From a virus: 64,000 nucleotides of DNA. The stretch's first letter is position 1, and each line of letters starts with the position of its first letter. Below, in pieces: positions 18,514 through 26,734 of this stretch. The notes beneath the pieces were generated by a model. It was not told where the DNA came from. It did not search any database and was given only the letters and a program-made list of their open reading frames with translations. The position numbers and the translations under genes were made by a program. The stretch is taken from the IMG/VR virus record IMGVR_UViG_3300036770_005890; one strand, 5' to 3'.

Positions 18514-18673
18514 CGGTGATCCGCAGGATCTTGAATATCCTAAGAAGATCATTTCCAGGCGCCGCCGCACTGTGATCAAGAGCACGGCGGATCACTCACC
18601 AGCTCGAGGAAACTACAAAAACTCGAGCTCCTGGAGGCCCCTGACGTAGTTCTGCTTCGGGGCAGAATTCAGC

Positions 18674-19252
18674 CTAGGTCCTTTTACGTTGAAGCTTGCT
18701 ACGCATCGATGCGTGTACGAGCGGGCGGATCGCCGGGATGAATTTGCGCATCGAATCAGGGGAGATGCAAAGGCGGCATCGGCTGTCAACGCGCTTGTTC
18801 GCAGCCTCGAAGCCTAAAGAGGTCAACCACTCACCGATGAGCTTCTTCTCGTGGGGGCTGTAGCCCCCTGTGATCTCCCCTGCTCGGCCATACCAGGAGC
18901 CGTGATCAAGCCAGAGCGCGCAAGCGCCCTGGAGCCCCGTGAGCTCGAGCACGGTCGGTGACAGCGTGAATTTGTCGCGGGGGTAGAGGAGCTCGTAGGC
19001 GCGCCAGAGTTCATCGCTTTGAATCCTGGCTCGATCGAGGTCGTAGAAACCCTCGGTTGGCACTCGGTCCCAGAAGATCTCGAGCTCCCCGGGATGGAGT
19101 TTGCGTAGCTGGTAGACCTGGGAACCGAGATACGCGCGCTCAGTCTCGGGTCGCTTGAGTTCCAGCCAGGGCCTCTTGCGGCTCCCCTTGAGAGCAATTT
19201 TCCCCTTGCCGATGCTGTAGCTCAGTACGCGCGCTACGAATTGAGTGGACAT
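18674..19252 (-). CDS. LAGLIDADG-like homing endonuclease candidate (second of tandem pair)
   Basis: Internal ATG (MSTQFVARVLSYSIGKGK...). Degenerate motifs VLSYSIGKG and ALWLDHGSWYG about 105 aa apart. Confidence 0.4.
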   Translation of the reverse strand: MSTQFVARVLSYSIGKGKIALKGSRKRPWLELKRPETERAYLGSQVYQLRKLHPGELEIFWDRVPTEGFYDLDRARIQSDELWRAYELLYPRDKFTLSPTVLELTGLQGACALWLDHGSWYGRAGEITGGYSPHEKKLIGEWLTSLGFEAANKRVDSRCRLCISPDSMRKFIPAIRPLVHASMRSKLQRKRT

Positions 19253-19853
19253 CCCACTGCTCTCCGGTGAAAAGGTGTTGACGACTGGGCGGTGCATAGG
19301 GAGCCAAGGACTCCCGGATCTTGCGGGTCTGTTCGGCATCAAAACGAAGCCTTGGCTTGATCAGTTCTCCCTCGATCTCGGAGCGTGCGCCGGTGAGGAC
19401 TTCAATCCACGACGACACCATGTGTCCTTCATCGACGGAGTTACCGACGCGGGCTAGGCACGAAGATCCATCACGGTTCAGCCGAGCTCCTTCGGCCCAG
19501 CACCACGCGGCAGCCTTGGCGCCAAGGAGATCCAGAGCGTTCTGAGTGATCTGCCGTTCGCCGCCCGGGTAGAGCAGGTTGTAAACAGGGCGCAGCTTGT
19601 TGGTCGAGACCCGAAAGCGCAGCACCTCGGTCGTCTTGCCGTTGGCGCGCGGGCGCGTCTTGTAGGGAATAATTTCTGCCGAAGTCGAGATGAATTGCCG
19701 AAATTCGGCGACCTTGTCCTCGAGAAACGCGGACTCAGAAACCCCGGCAGTCAACGTCAGTTGGATGTAACCCCCTGCAGGACTGCGATATGGGACAAGG
19801 CTGCCGTCAGGGAGGAGTAGGCCCAGGAGGCCTCGGACATCCGCCGCGTCCAA
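19140..19853 (-). CDS. LAGLIDADG homing endonuclease
   Basis: LLGLLLPDGSL near the N-terminus and AAWCWAEGARL about 105 aa later. TTG start. 3' end overlaps the next ORF out of frame. Confidence 0.6.
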   Translation of the reverse strand: MDAADVRGLLGLLLPDGSLVPYRSPAGGYIQLTLTAGVSESAFLEDKVAEFRQFISTSAEIIPYKTRPRANGKTTEVLRFRVSTNKLRPVYNLLYPGGERQITQNALDLLGAKAAAWCWAEGARLNRDGSSCLARVGNSVDEGHMVSSWIEVLTGARSEIEGELIKPRLRFDAEQTRKIRESLAPYAPPSRQHLFTGEQWDVHSIRSARTELQHRQGENCSQGEPQEALAGTQATRD

Positions 19854-19878
19854 ATTTTTTCACCCTACAAATCGACTT

Positions 19879-19884
19879 TATAGT
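19879..19884 (+). promoter_or_regulatory. -10-like hexamer TATAGT upstream of the capsid gene (59-nt leader with GAGGAG)
   Basis: AT-rich divergent intergenic region 19854..19943. Confidence 0.35.
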
Positions 19885-19943
19885 AAGAGCAAGCGCGCGT
19901 TCTGCGTGCTGTTTCTTCTACCAGCTGAGGAGCCTGTCGACCC

Positions 19944-21086
19944 ATGTGGATCGATAATGACTTTCCCAAGCTGCTAGGCGCAGAGCTTTATCGGCCCCAC
20001 CCTGGCTACATCATCGAGATGGCGGTTGAGCCCGTCGTCGTGCATGACTTCGCCAAGCAGCCGGGCCAGACTGTTCAGCTCGATCGTTACCGCTTCTGGG
20101 GCAATCCTGGCAACAAGGATTCCCGCGAGCGCACTGCCGATCAAACTCTGGGCACTGCATCTAGCCGCAATATCGTCAAGGACAAGGTCCTGGTGACGCT
20201 CAAGGAGTACACCGGTCCTGCTGATCCCCTTGATCCCACCGCTCCGTCCACCTTCAAGGTGGCTCGTGAGACCCTGCTGACTGCCCAGCGCCTGCTGCTG
20301 GACACCGGCAACCTGAATGTGTTCCACCAGAGCATCGGTTCGCTGACTCTGCTGGACGACTATCGCCGTTGGCGCGACCGCGTCTTCGCTGACGAGCTGT
20401 TCAAAGCCGAAGCCAATGGCAAGGCCGACAGCACTCAGGGTGGTTACTACTATCCCCTGAACAAGACCAAGGGTTCTGCTGCTCCTTATCTGAGCTACAG
20501 CGCCGGTCAGTCTGCGAAGTTCGACGTCAAGACCGACCTCCTGGCTGTGGTCAAGGACATGCGCAAGCGCAATGTCCCGACCTTCGCCGATGGCTACTAC
20601 CGTTGCATCGCGGATCCCACCGCAATGATGCACCTGCGCCAGAACGACGCGTTCCGTGAGATCGCTCGTTACGCGGGTAACGGTATGGTCAACCCCCTGC
20701 AGCCCGAGCAGGCTCCCAACGCCAACTTCTTCTATGGCATGGGTCCCGCTTACGGCCAGGCAGGCTTCGTGGCTGGTCAGCCCGTGATGCCTACCGGCTT
20801 CCTCTTTGAGGGTGTCCGCTGGTTCGAGTCGACCAACCTCCCCGAGAAGTCTCTGCAGGTGACCATCGCTGATGCGTCGATCACCTCTGCCGTGACCACT
20901 GCCGCCCCCATGCTGTTCTTCGGCCCTCAAGCCGTGGGCGTGGGTATCGGTGGTAATAACGCTCAGATCCTGTTGAATAACAACGACGATTTCAGTCGTT
21001 TTATTATCATGATCTGGTCGCTCTTCGCCGGTTTTGAGATCCTGAACAAGGACTTCATCACCGTCGCCTACAGCTTCGTGTACTGA
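19944..21086 (+). CDS. major capsid protein candidate
   Basis: 380 aa. TATAGT 59 nt upstream and GAGGAG 11 nt upstream of the ATG. The operon ends in a strong terminator. The sequence resembles the N4 gp56-type capsid family from memory (not searched). Confidence 0.7.
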   Translation: MWIDNDFPKLLGAELYRPHPGYIIEMAVEPVVVHDFAKQPGQTVQLDRYRFWGNPGNKDSRERTADQTLGTASSRNIVKDKVLVTLKEYTGPADPLDPTAPSTFKVARETLLTAQRLLLDTGNLNVFHQSIGSLTLLDDYRRWRDRVFADELFKAEANGKADSTQGGYYYPLNKTKGSAAPYLSYSAGQSAKFDVKTDLLAVVKDMRKRNVPTFADGYYRCIADPTAMMHLRQNDAFREIARYAGNGMVNPLQPEQAPNANFFYGMGPAYGQAGFVAGQPVMPTGFLFEGVRWFESTNLPEKSLQVTIADASITSAVTTAAPMLFFGPQAVGVGIGGNNAQILLNNNDDFSRFIIMIWSLFAGFEILNKDFITVAYSFVY

Positions 21087-21102
21087 TAGGAGGTAACGAA
21101 CA

Positions 21103-21741
21103 ATGGCGAAGAAGATCTACCCCGGTAACTGGGTTACCGAACTGAGCAGCTACCAGGGTCAGCCTGTTGTGGCTCTCCCCGGCCGTACCTACTACCAGGT
21201 GATCGGCTACGCACTGGTGGGTGCAACTGGTGGTACCAGCTTCGATATCACCATCCCTAGCCCCGACCTGCGTCAGGACGACAAGCCTCGTCCGAACATC
21301 ACCGGTCTGACCGTGCCCGCTGGCGCCAACATCTACCGCGTTGGTATCCGCGTGCCCGATCTGCGTAAGGACCGTGGCGTGGGCACCGCCTTCTCTGGCC
21401 TGGTTGGTACCAACACCAACCGCCTGAAGGTGGCCGATGCCCTGGCGAACGACGACACCATCACCGCTACCGCAGTCTCCACGACCTCTTCGGCCGTGGC
21501 CGTCTCCGGCGGCACCGTGGCTCCCGTCGCTAACAGCAAAGGTCTGATCACTCCCGTGGCTCTGACCGGCGCCGAGACTCTGAAGGTGTTCGTCACCGAC
21601 AGCACCGGCACCGCCGCTGGCTCCACTCTGACCTCCACCGCCACTGGCGGTACTCCGATCGTGGTTGAAGTCTGCTACTACATCGATGATGTGGTGCCCG
21701 ACGTGAACAGCACTTACCTGCCGTTCATCACCGAGTCCTGA
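21103..21741 (+). CDS. structural protein (capsid-associated or decoration candidate)
   Basis: 212 aa, T/A/G/V-rich. GGAGG upstream. Followed by the terminator at 21763..21796. Confidence 0.55.
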   Translation: MAKKIYPGNWVTELSSYQGQPVVALPGRTYYQVIGYALVGATGGTSFDITIPSPDLRQDDKPRPNITGLTVPAGANIYRVGIRVPDLRKDRGVGTAFSGLVGTNTNRLKVADALANDDTITATAVSTTSSAVAVSGGTVAPVANSKGLITPVALTGAETLKVFVTDSTGTAAGSTLTSTATGGTPIVVEVCYYIDDVVPDVNSTYLPFITES

Positions 21742-21762
21742 TCGGTTGTTTATCCCTACAAT

Positions 21763-21796
21763 GAGGGCGTCTGCAAAGTCAGGCGCCCTCTTTTTT
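21763..21796 (+). terminator. rho-independent terminator after the capsid operon
   Basis: GAGGGCGTCTG caaagt CAGGCGCCCTC (11 bp with one G-T pair) followed by TTTTTT. Confidence 0.7.
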
Positions 21797-21803
21797 GTGT
21801 CTT

Positions 21804-22235
21804 ATGGCGCTGTACCAGAACACCAAGAACGGTCAGATCGTTGAATTCATCGGCCACCACGACAAGGAGTGGGCGATGGTCAAGAACAGCACTGGCTCTG
21901 TGAGCTATGTGGCCCTGGCTGATCTTGTCTCGTACGAACCCGGCAAGGGTCGCACTGGGGTGTCGATCGAGCCCCAAAGTGCAGAACCCAAGGAGGATGA
22001 GGACAAGCTGCCCGAATCCGCGATCCCTGCGGATACCCGCTTGAACCTCAACGTGGCCACCGCTGAAGGCATCGCTAAGCACGTCAAGGGTATTGGCTAC
22101 GCAACCGCCAAGAAGATTGTCGAGCTGCGCCTGTCTCTGCCCGGCGAGCGATTCAAGAATCTCGAGCAACTGCGCAAGATCGGCCGCGTGGATTGGGACG
22201 AGGTGATTGCAGAAGATCTGATCTACATCGGCTGA
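21804..22235 (+). CDS. ComEA-like helix-hairpin-helix DNA-binding protein
   Basis: C-terminus LNLNVATAEGIAKHVKGIGYATAKKIVELRLSLPGERFKNLEQLRKIGRV matches the ComEA/HhH pattern. ATG at 21804, since the track TTG at 21795 lies in the terminator T-run. Confidence 0.55.
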   Translation: MALYQNTKNGQIVEFIGHHDKEWAMVKNSTGSVSYVALADLVSYEPGKGRTGVSIEPQSAEPKEDEDKLPESAIPADTRLNLNVATAEGIAKHVKGIGYATAKKIVELRLSLPGERFKNLEQLRKIGRVDWDEVIAEDLIYIG

Positions 22236-22241
22236 GCTTCT

Positions 22242-22247
22242 TAGAAT
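22242..22247 (+). promoter_or_regulatory. -10-like hexamer TAGAAT, 25 nt before CTG 22273
   Basis: Context TCTTAGAATGAGG. No canonical start codon occurs at the expected distance. Confidence 0.35.
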
Positions 22248-22362
22248 GAGGCCCAGGTCGCGTTGAGGTTCCCTGGAACTTAACAACTACGACAAAAGTC
22301 GCTGCAGGTTTCACCTGGGCTACAACGTAGGTGCCAACCTACCCGCTGGCGATGTCGCCAGA

Positions 22363-22758
22363 TTGGAGGAGGCTATGGCGCGGGTGCCTGATAGCTACTT
22401 CTACGCACGGGTGCTCGAGCACCTTGATCGCTGTGACAAGGCGTACAAGGTCTCGCAGATCTTCCGTGTTGAAGATCAGCCCCAGCCCAGCCGGATCGAG
22501 CGAATCACAGGCGATACGGATCGTGCGATCTATTCGTCTGATCCGCTGAAGGCTGATCGCGACTACCGGGAGGTCTACCTGCGGGAGGTAGATCGACTGG
22601 CTGAGACCTTGTATGTGGCGAACTATCGCCGCGACGAGGTTCGCCGTTACGCCTTTGAGCGTGCCGGCGCTGAATTCATCATGGCCATCCCGGGGCCAGC
22701 AGACACCGCCGTGGGCACGCGCATCGCCCAGGCAACAGGCTCAATCAGCTGGAGGTAG
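22363..22758 (+). CDS. hypothetical protein (N-terminus possibly longer, see findings)
   Basis: 131-aa ORF from TTG 22363. The frame is open back to 22267. Confidence 0.45.
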   Translation: MEEAMARVPDSYFYARVLEHLDRCDKAYKVSQIFRVEDQPQPSRIERITGDTDRAIYSSDPLKADRDYREVYLREVDRLAETLYVANYRRDEVRRYAFERAGAEFIMAIPGPADTAVGTRIAQATGSISWR

Positions 22759-22761
22759 ACA

Positions 22762-23919
22762 ATGGGCTATCGCAATCCCAACGGTACATACACCGACGAC
22801 CAGGGAAAGAATTGGCCAAGCTTTGCTGCGGCGAATGCCGCATTCCAGGCTCGGCAGCAGCAGGAGTCACGAGCGAAAAAGTTGCTCGACGTCAGGAATG
22901 ACCGAGACAAGCTCAACAACGATATTTGGAGTTACCAGGTAACCAAGAATGGGCTGGGCTGGATACCAGGCGTTGGGGCTGCAAGCGATCGCATCATGGC
23001 CAATAAGGCAAAAGCGAAAGCGGCAAAACAGCAAGAGCTTGACCGGCTTCGCAATCCCGCCGGCTCACCCTTCCTGCATCCTGACTTAAAGGGCCCGAAC
23101 GGGAATCAGGTTGGCAGCAAGGTCGACCCATCGAAATGGCCGAACGGCCGCAACGCTCCAGACGAAACACTGGCTTCGGCTGGCTCTAGCTGGACAACGC
23201 ATGTCACACCCGCAGGTACGGCACGCGAATCCGAGGCGCGCCGCATGATGCAGCAGTACGCCTCCAAGGAGTACTGGAATACCGAGCAGGGCAAGGCGAT
23301 GAAAGATCTCGCCCTGCAGGACAAATACAAGGGCGACAACCTGGCTGGCTACTACGCCGCGCAGCGGGCCCTTGGCGAAGGCTCGATCGACGAGATCATC
23401 CAGGGCATGGGTTACACCGGCGCCATGGCTGAGTGGGCACGGGCGAACAAGGGCATGGCCCTGCGCGAGTACATGAAGAAGTTCCCTGCTGGTCAACCAA
23501 CCATGGGCGGCGGGGTGCCCTCTGCCCCAACGGTTGATCAGGTGAAGCCGACAGTGGGCGAGCAGGCATTGATGAATGCCAAGTACGCCCTTTACGACGG
23601 CGCGCCTGTGGCTCCTGGTGTCACCGTCGGGAACGAGCCGGGGATGGTTGCCGGGGTGAATCGAAGCAAGATGGCCGAACTGCAGGCGATCGTGCCTCAA
23701 GCCAAGAGCACTGGCGCAGGCGAAGGCGCGTTCAACATGCAGCCCCAGAGCGCTGCGACCACGGGCTACCAGCTTCCCGCAGGAGCTGTTGGTGAATTCA
23801 ACATGCCGGAAGGAGTGGACGAGTTCACGAAGCTGGTGAACGCAAAAATCTGGCGCAACCGCAACGAACTAGCGGGACTCCCGACTGTGGGCGGTTATCA
23901 AGGTCAAGGCCTTTTCTAA
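22762..23919 (+). CDS. hypothetical structural protein, 385 aa
   Basis: Long ORF starting 4 nt after the upstream stop. Confidence 0.5.
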   Translation: MGYRNPNGTYTDDQGKNWPSFAAANAAFQARQQQESRAKKLLDVRNDRDKLNNDIWSYQVTKNGLGWIPGVGAASDRIMANKAKAKAAKQQELDRLRNPAGSPFLHPDLKGPNGNQVGSKVDPSKWPNGRNAPDETLASAGSSWTTHVTPAGTARESEARRMMQQYASKEYWNTEQGKAMKDLALQDKYKGDNLAGYYAAQRALGEGSIDEIIQGMGYTGAMAEWARANKGMALREYMKKFPAGQPTMGGGVPSAPTVDQVKPTVGEQALMNAKYALYDGAPVAPGVTVGNEPGMVAGVNRSKMAELQAIVPQAKSTGAGEGAFNMQPQSAATTGYQLPAGAVGEFNMPEGVDEFTKLVNAKIWRNRNELAGLPTVGGYQGQGLF

Positions 23920-23928
23920 AGAGTCATC

Positions 23929-24381
23929 ATGAAGCGCCGCAAAGAAAAGCAGCCGGGTGGCGAGGGTCTTGTCGATCGGAAGTATCGGCAAGGGCCTAAG
24001 CGCAGCACACGCTTTAACGAGTGGTACCTCAACAAGGAGGGTCACAAGGAAGCCAAGCAGTTCTTTGCGGACGCTCGCGGCACGGTGCCAAATAATCCGC
24101 AGAACGCAAAGTCGTTTATCTCAGAAGGCAATGTCGTTCACAGCCGCAATCCCTATGGCGATGGTGAGCGCTATGCGACCGAGGAGGCGCCACAGTTCAC
24201 CCGGCCTGACCAGTGGGGCGCCTTCGCTGAAGGGGGCGGTGCGACGGACGATGCGGAGGTGCAAAGCCATATCGGCTGGGGTAGTGCTCCGGGCGATGGT
24301 CCGATTCAAGGCCCGCGTAAGGCGCGGGGCACTCGGTTTGGAGTAGGCGGCGGCCCTCGTCGCAATGAGCCAATGAGCTGA
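23929..24381 (+). CDS. hypothetical basic/Gly-rich protein
   Basis: 150-aa ORF. Confidence 0.45.
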   Translation: MKRRKEKQPGGEGLVDRKYRQGPKRSTRFNEWYLNKEGHKEAKQFFADARGTVPNNPQNAKSFISEGNVVHSRNPYGDGERYATEEAPQFTRPDQWGAFAEGGGATDDAEVQSHIGWGSAPGDGPIQGPRKARGTRFGVGGGPRRNEPMS

Positions 24382-24419
24382 GGCGTCTTGCGTTTAGAAC
24401 GCCACAGTCTATTTCTGGA

Positions 24420-24425
24420 TACAAT
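24420..24425 (+). promoter_or_regulatory. -10-like hexamer TACAAT, 24 nt before GTG 24450
   Basis: Fixed-distance set. Confidence 0.4.
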
Positions 24426-24449
24426 CTGAGAAGACTAGAGAGGCCGTAA

Positions 24450-24986
24450 GTGGCAACGACGTCCAGCAATAAAATGCCACTGCTGGTCGACCGGCCGTTG
24501 CACTCGTTTGCAACGATCGGCGGCGCGGCCTGCCTCAATACCTCGACTGACTTCAACACAGTCAACGGCGGCGGCTGTGTATTGCTGGTTGACTGTTCGT
24601 CAAACGACGGCGGCATTATTGACAGCATCTCGATCGTTGCCAACCAGGCCAGCACTACCGCATCGACAGTGCTGGTGTTCCTGAGCGTTGCGACATCGTC
24701 GAACGGCATCAACTCAAGTAACACCGCGTGCGTCGCGAGTGCCGCGATTGGCTCGAGCTCGGCAGGTCAGCGCACCAATATCTCGCTGCCGCCACTGTGT
24801 GTCCCGGTACCCAACCTGGCAGGACCTGCAGCGACGACGACGACCTTCGCATCGGAAACCGACAAGAAAAACACAGGCCTATATGTGCCCTCCGGCGCGC
24901 TGATCTATGTCGGAGTGAACGCCGTGCTGACGGCGCCTAGCGCGTCGACCCGTGTCCACGTGTTTGCCCAGGGCGGCTTCTTCTAG
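24450..24986 (+). CDS. structural protein, S/T/A-rich beta protein (family with 29251 and 30956)
   Basis: 178 aa. GTG start 24 nt after TACAAT. Confidence 0.5.
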   Translation: MATTSSNKMPLLVDRPLHSFATIGGAACLNTSTDFNTVNGGGCVLLVDCSSNDGGIIDSISIVANQASTTASTVLVFLSVATSSNGINSSNTACVASAAIGSSSAGQRTNISLPPLCVPVPNLAGPAATTTTFASETDKKNTGLYVPSGALIYVGVNAVLTAPSASTRVHVFAQGGFF

Positions 24987-24988
24987 TC

Positions 24989-26734
24989 ATGGCGAAAAAA
25001 GGCGGCGGCAGAAAGTCGGCCCCAGCTCCGGCGCCGAGGCCTAACCCGGCACCAGCTCCGAGGCCTAACCCTGCCCCAGCGCCGCGTCCAGCACCGGCTC
25101 CAGCGCCAAGGCCGAATCCCGGTCCGGCGCCGAGGCCTAATCCGGCCCCAGCCCCGAGGCCTAATCCAGTTCCAGCGCCGAGGCCTAATCCGGCTCCAGC
25201 TCCAAGGCCTAATCCGGCTCCGAGGCCGAGGCCTAATCCTGCGCCAGCTCCGAGGCCTAATCCGGCTCCGGCTCCGAGGCCTAATCCGGCTCCGAGGCCT
25301 AATCCGGCTCCGAGGCCGAGGCCTAATCCTGCGCCAGCTCCGAGGCCTAATCAAGGTAACCAGCCAGGCAGGGCAGCATCAAACCCGAGGGCAGCTGCGA
25401 GCGCGGTTAGCCGTGCGCAGCAGCAGATCACGAATCGCTCAAACCAGGCAGGCAATCAAGCCAAAGATTCACCGGCAAAGGTCAGCGCGGCTGACCGGAT
25501 GGCGCAGAATGCCAAGGATAAAGTTAAGGGGAACAGCCAGATTTCCGGGAAGCCCGGGAATAGCGGCAGCAAGGCTCAGGGTGCGAATACCGTTAAACCG
25601 GGGGCGCGGAACAAGCCCGGTAATCAGGGGAACAAAGTCAATAATGGTCTGACTGGAGCGTCGCGAACGAACTCGCCCGCAGGGAAGGACAATCCTGGTA
25701 ATCAAGGCGGCAGAGTCAATAATCCTCTAGCGGGCGGTCGGACAAATGCTCTACCGAGCAATAACAATAATCCCGGCAGAAAGGGGAACAACGGCAACTC
25801 CAAGAGCAACCATGTCAACGACCGCATCCAAAAACTGAGAGACAAGATTGCGGGCAGGAACACGGCTTTAGCGGATCAGCAAAATACATTCGATACAGAG
25901 CGTGAGAATTGGCAGTCCAGTTATGACCAGCTAGGCAGCGATTTCCAATCGAAATGGGATGAGGCCCAAGGTGACTTTCAGTCAAGGTTTGATGAGCAGC
26001 AGCAGGGGTTTGACGAAAGTCTGCAGTCGCTCCGGGATGAAAACGAGGCTTATCGCCAGGAAACCGAGGGACTGCTGGGCGAGTATCAAAGTCAAATGGA
26101 CCAGATGGGCGTCGACTATGAGAACTCGTGGCGAGAGCGAGAGGAGACGCTGCGCGGTGAGCTCCAAATGGGTGACGACACTCGGGTGCTTAGCGAGCAA
26201 GACAACAGCCAGTTCGATGCAAGGATGGATGAGCTGGCCAGTCAAATCGAACAACTTGGTTCGCAGTTTGAGGAGAAGCAGCAAACAGGCGTCGACGATG
26301 CATATAAGCAGCAACTTGAAGAAACGCTTGCCAATTACCAAAGGCAGTTCGAGGAGCTCCTGAAGTCGCGAAGCGAATCAACTGCTTCATCGACTTCGGC
26401 AGGTACGGAGGCCGGAGGTTCAGGCAATACCGGCATCGACGATGGGCAGTATCAAGCCTTCCGTGACTGGCAGGCTCAAGACGCTGAGTACGGGCTGCAA
26501 ACCCTGAGAGGCGGCGGTCGCGGTAGAGGCAGCAGCCCATTCAGCGGCAGCTACAGCCTGGCGTCTGGTACAAGCTCGTACCAAAGTGGCAGAGCGGGTC
26601 GCGGATCCGGTAGCGGCTCGATGATCTCAGGGAGCTATGGCAGCCGGAGCTCAACAGGTGGCGACGGTTCCTCCCTAGCGAGCGGTAGCGGGCGTTCCGC
26701 CGCCGACTACTACTCGCGGCGCTTCGGGCGGTAA
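24989..26734 (+). CDS. modular repeat protein: (PAPAPRPN)n, N/G/K-rich, Q/E coiled coil, G/S-rich tail
   Basis: 581 aa. About 110 aa of PAPRPN repeats, then a coiled-coil segment (DQLGSDFQSKWDEAQGDFQSRFDEQQQGF). Confidence 0.6.
   Translation: MAKKGGGRKSAPAPAPRPNPAPAPRPNPAPAPRPAPAPAPRPNPGPAPRPNPAPAPRPNPVPAPRPNPAPAPRPNPAPRPRPNPAPAPRPNPAPAPRPNPAPRPNPAPRPRPNPAPAPRPNQGNQPGRAASNPRAAASAVSRAQQQITNRSNQAGNQAKDSPAKVSAADRMAQNAKDKVKGNSQISGKPGNSGSKAQGANTVKPGARNKPGNQGNKVNNGLTGASRTNSPAGKDNPGNQGGRVNNPLAGGRTNALPSNNNNPGRKGNNGNSKSNHVNDRIQKLRDKIAGRNTALADQQNTFDTERENWQSSYDQLGSDFQSKWDEAQGDFQSRFDEQQQGFDESLQSLRDENEAYRQETEGLLGEYQSQMDQMGVDYENSWREREETLRGELQMGDDTRVLSEQDNSQFDARMDELASQIEQLGSQFEEKQQTGVDDAYKQQLEETLANYQRQFEELLKSRSESTASSTSAGTEAGGSGNTGIDDGQYQAFRDWQAQDAEYGLQTLRGGGRGRGSSPFSGSYSLASGTSSYQSGRAGRGSGSGSMISGSYGSRSSTGGDGSSLASGSGRSAADYYSRRFGR
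25020..25352 (+). repeat. tandem coding repeats for PAPAPRPN, including an exact 57-nt duplication
   Basis: ggcctaatccggctccgaggccgaggcctaatcctgcgccagctccgaggcctaatc occurs at about 25206 and 25296. Confidence 0.8.

Noticed and set aside
19974-20930. 318-aa minus-strand ORF inside the major capsid gene
   Set aside because: Antisense of the best-supported structural gene, which has a promoter-like hexamer, an SD sequence and a terminator.
24983-25354. 123-aa Arg-rich ORF (RPRSRIRPRS...) on the minus strand
   Set aside because: It is the reverse-complement reading of the PAPRPN repeat array, so it is a by-product of the repeat.
21103-26734. Assignment of specific tail roles (tube, tape measure, adaptor) to ORFs after the capsid gene
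   Set aside because: No diagnostic motifs or G/GT-type chaperone frameshift were recognised, and morphology cannot be inferred from sequence alone.
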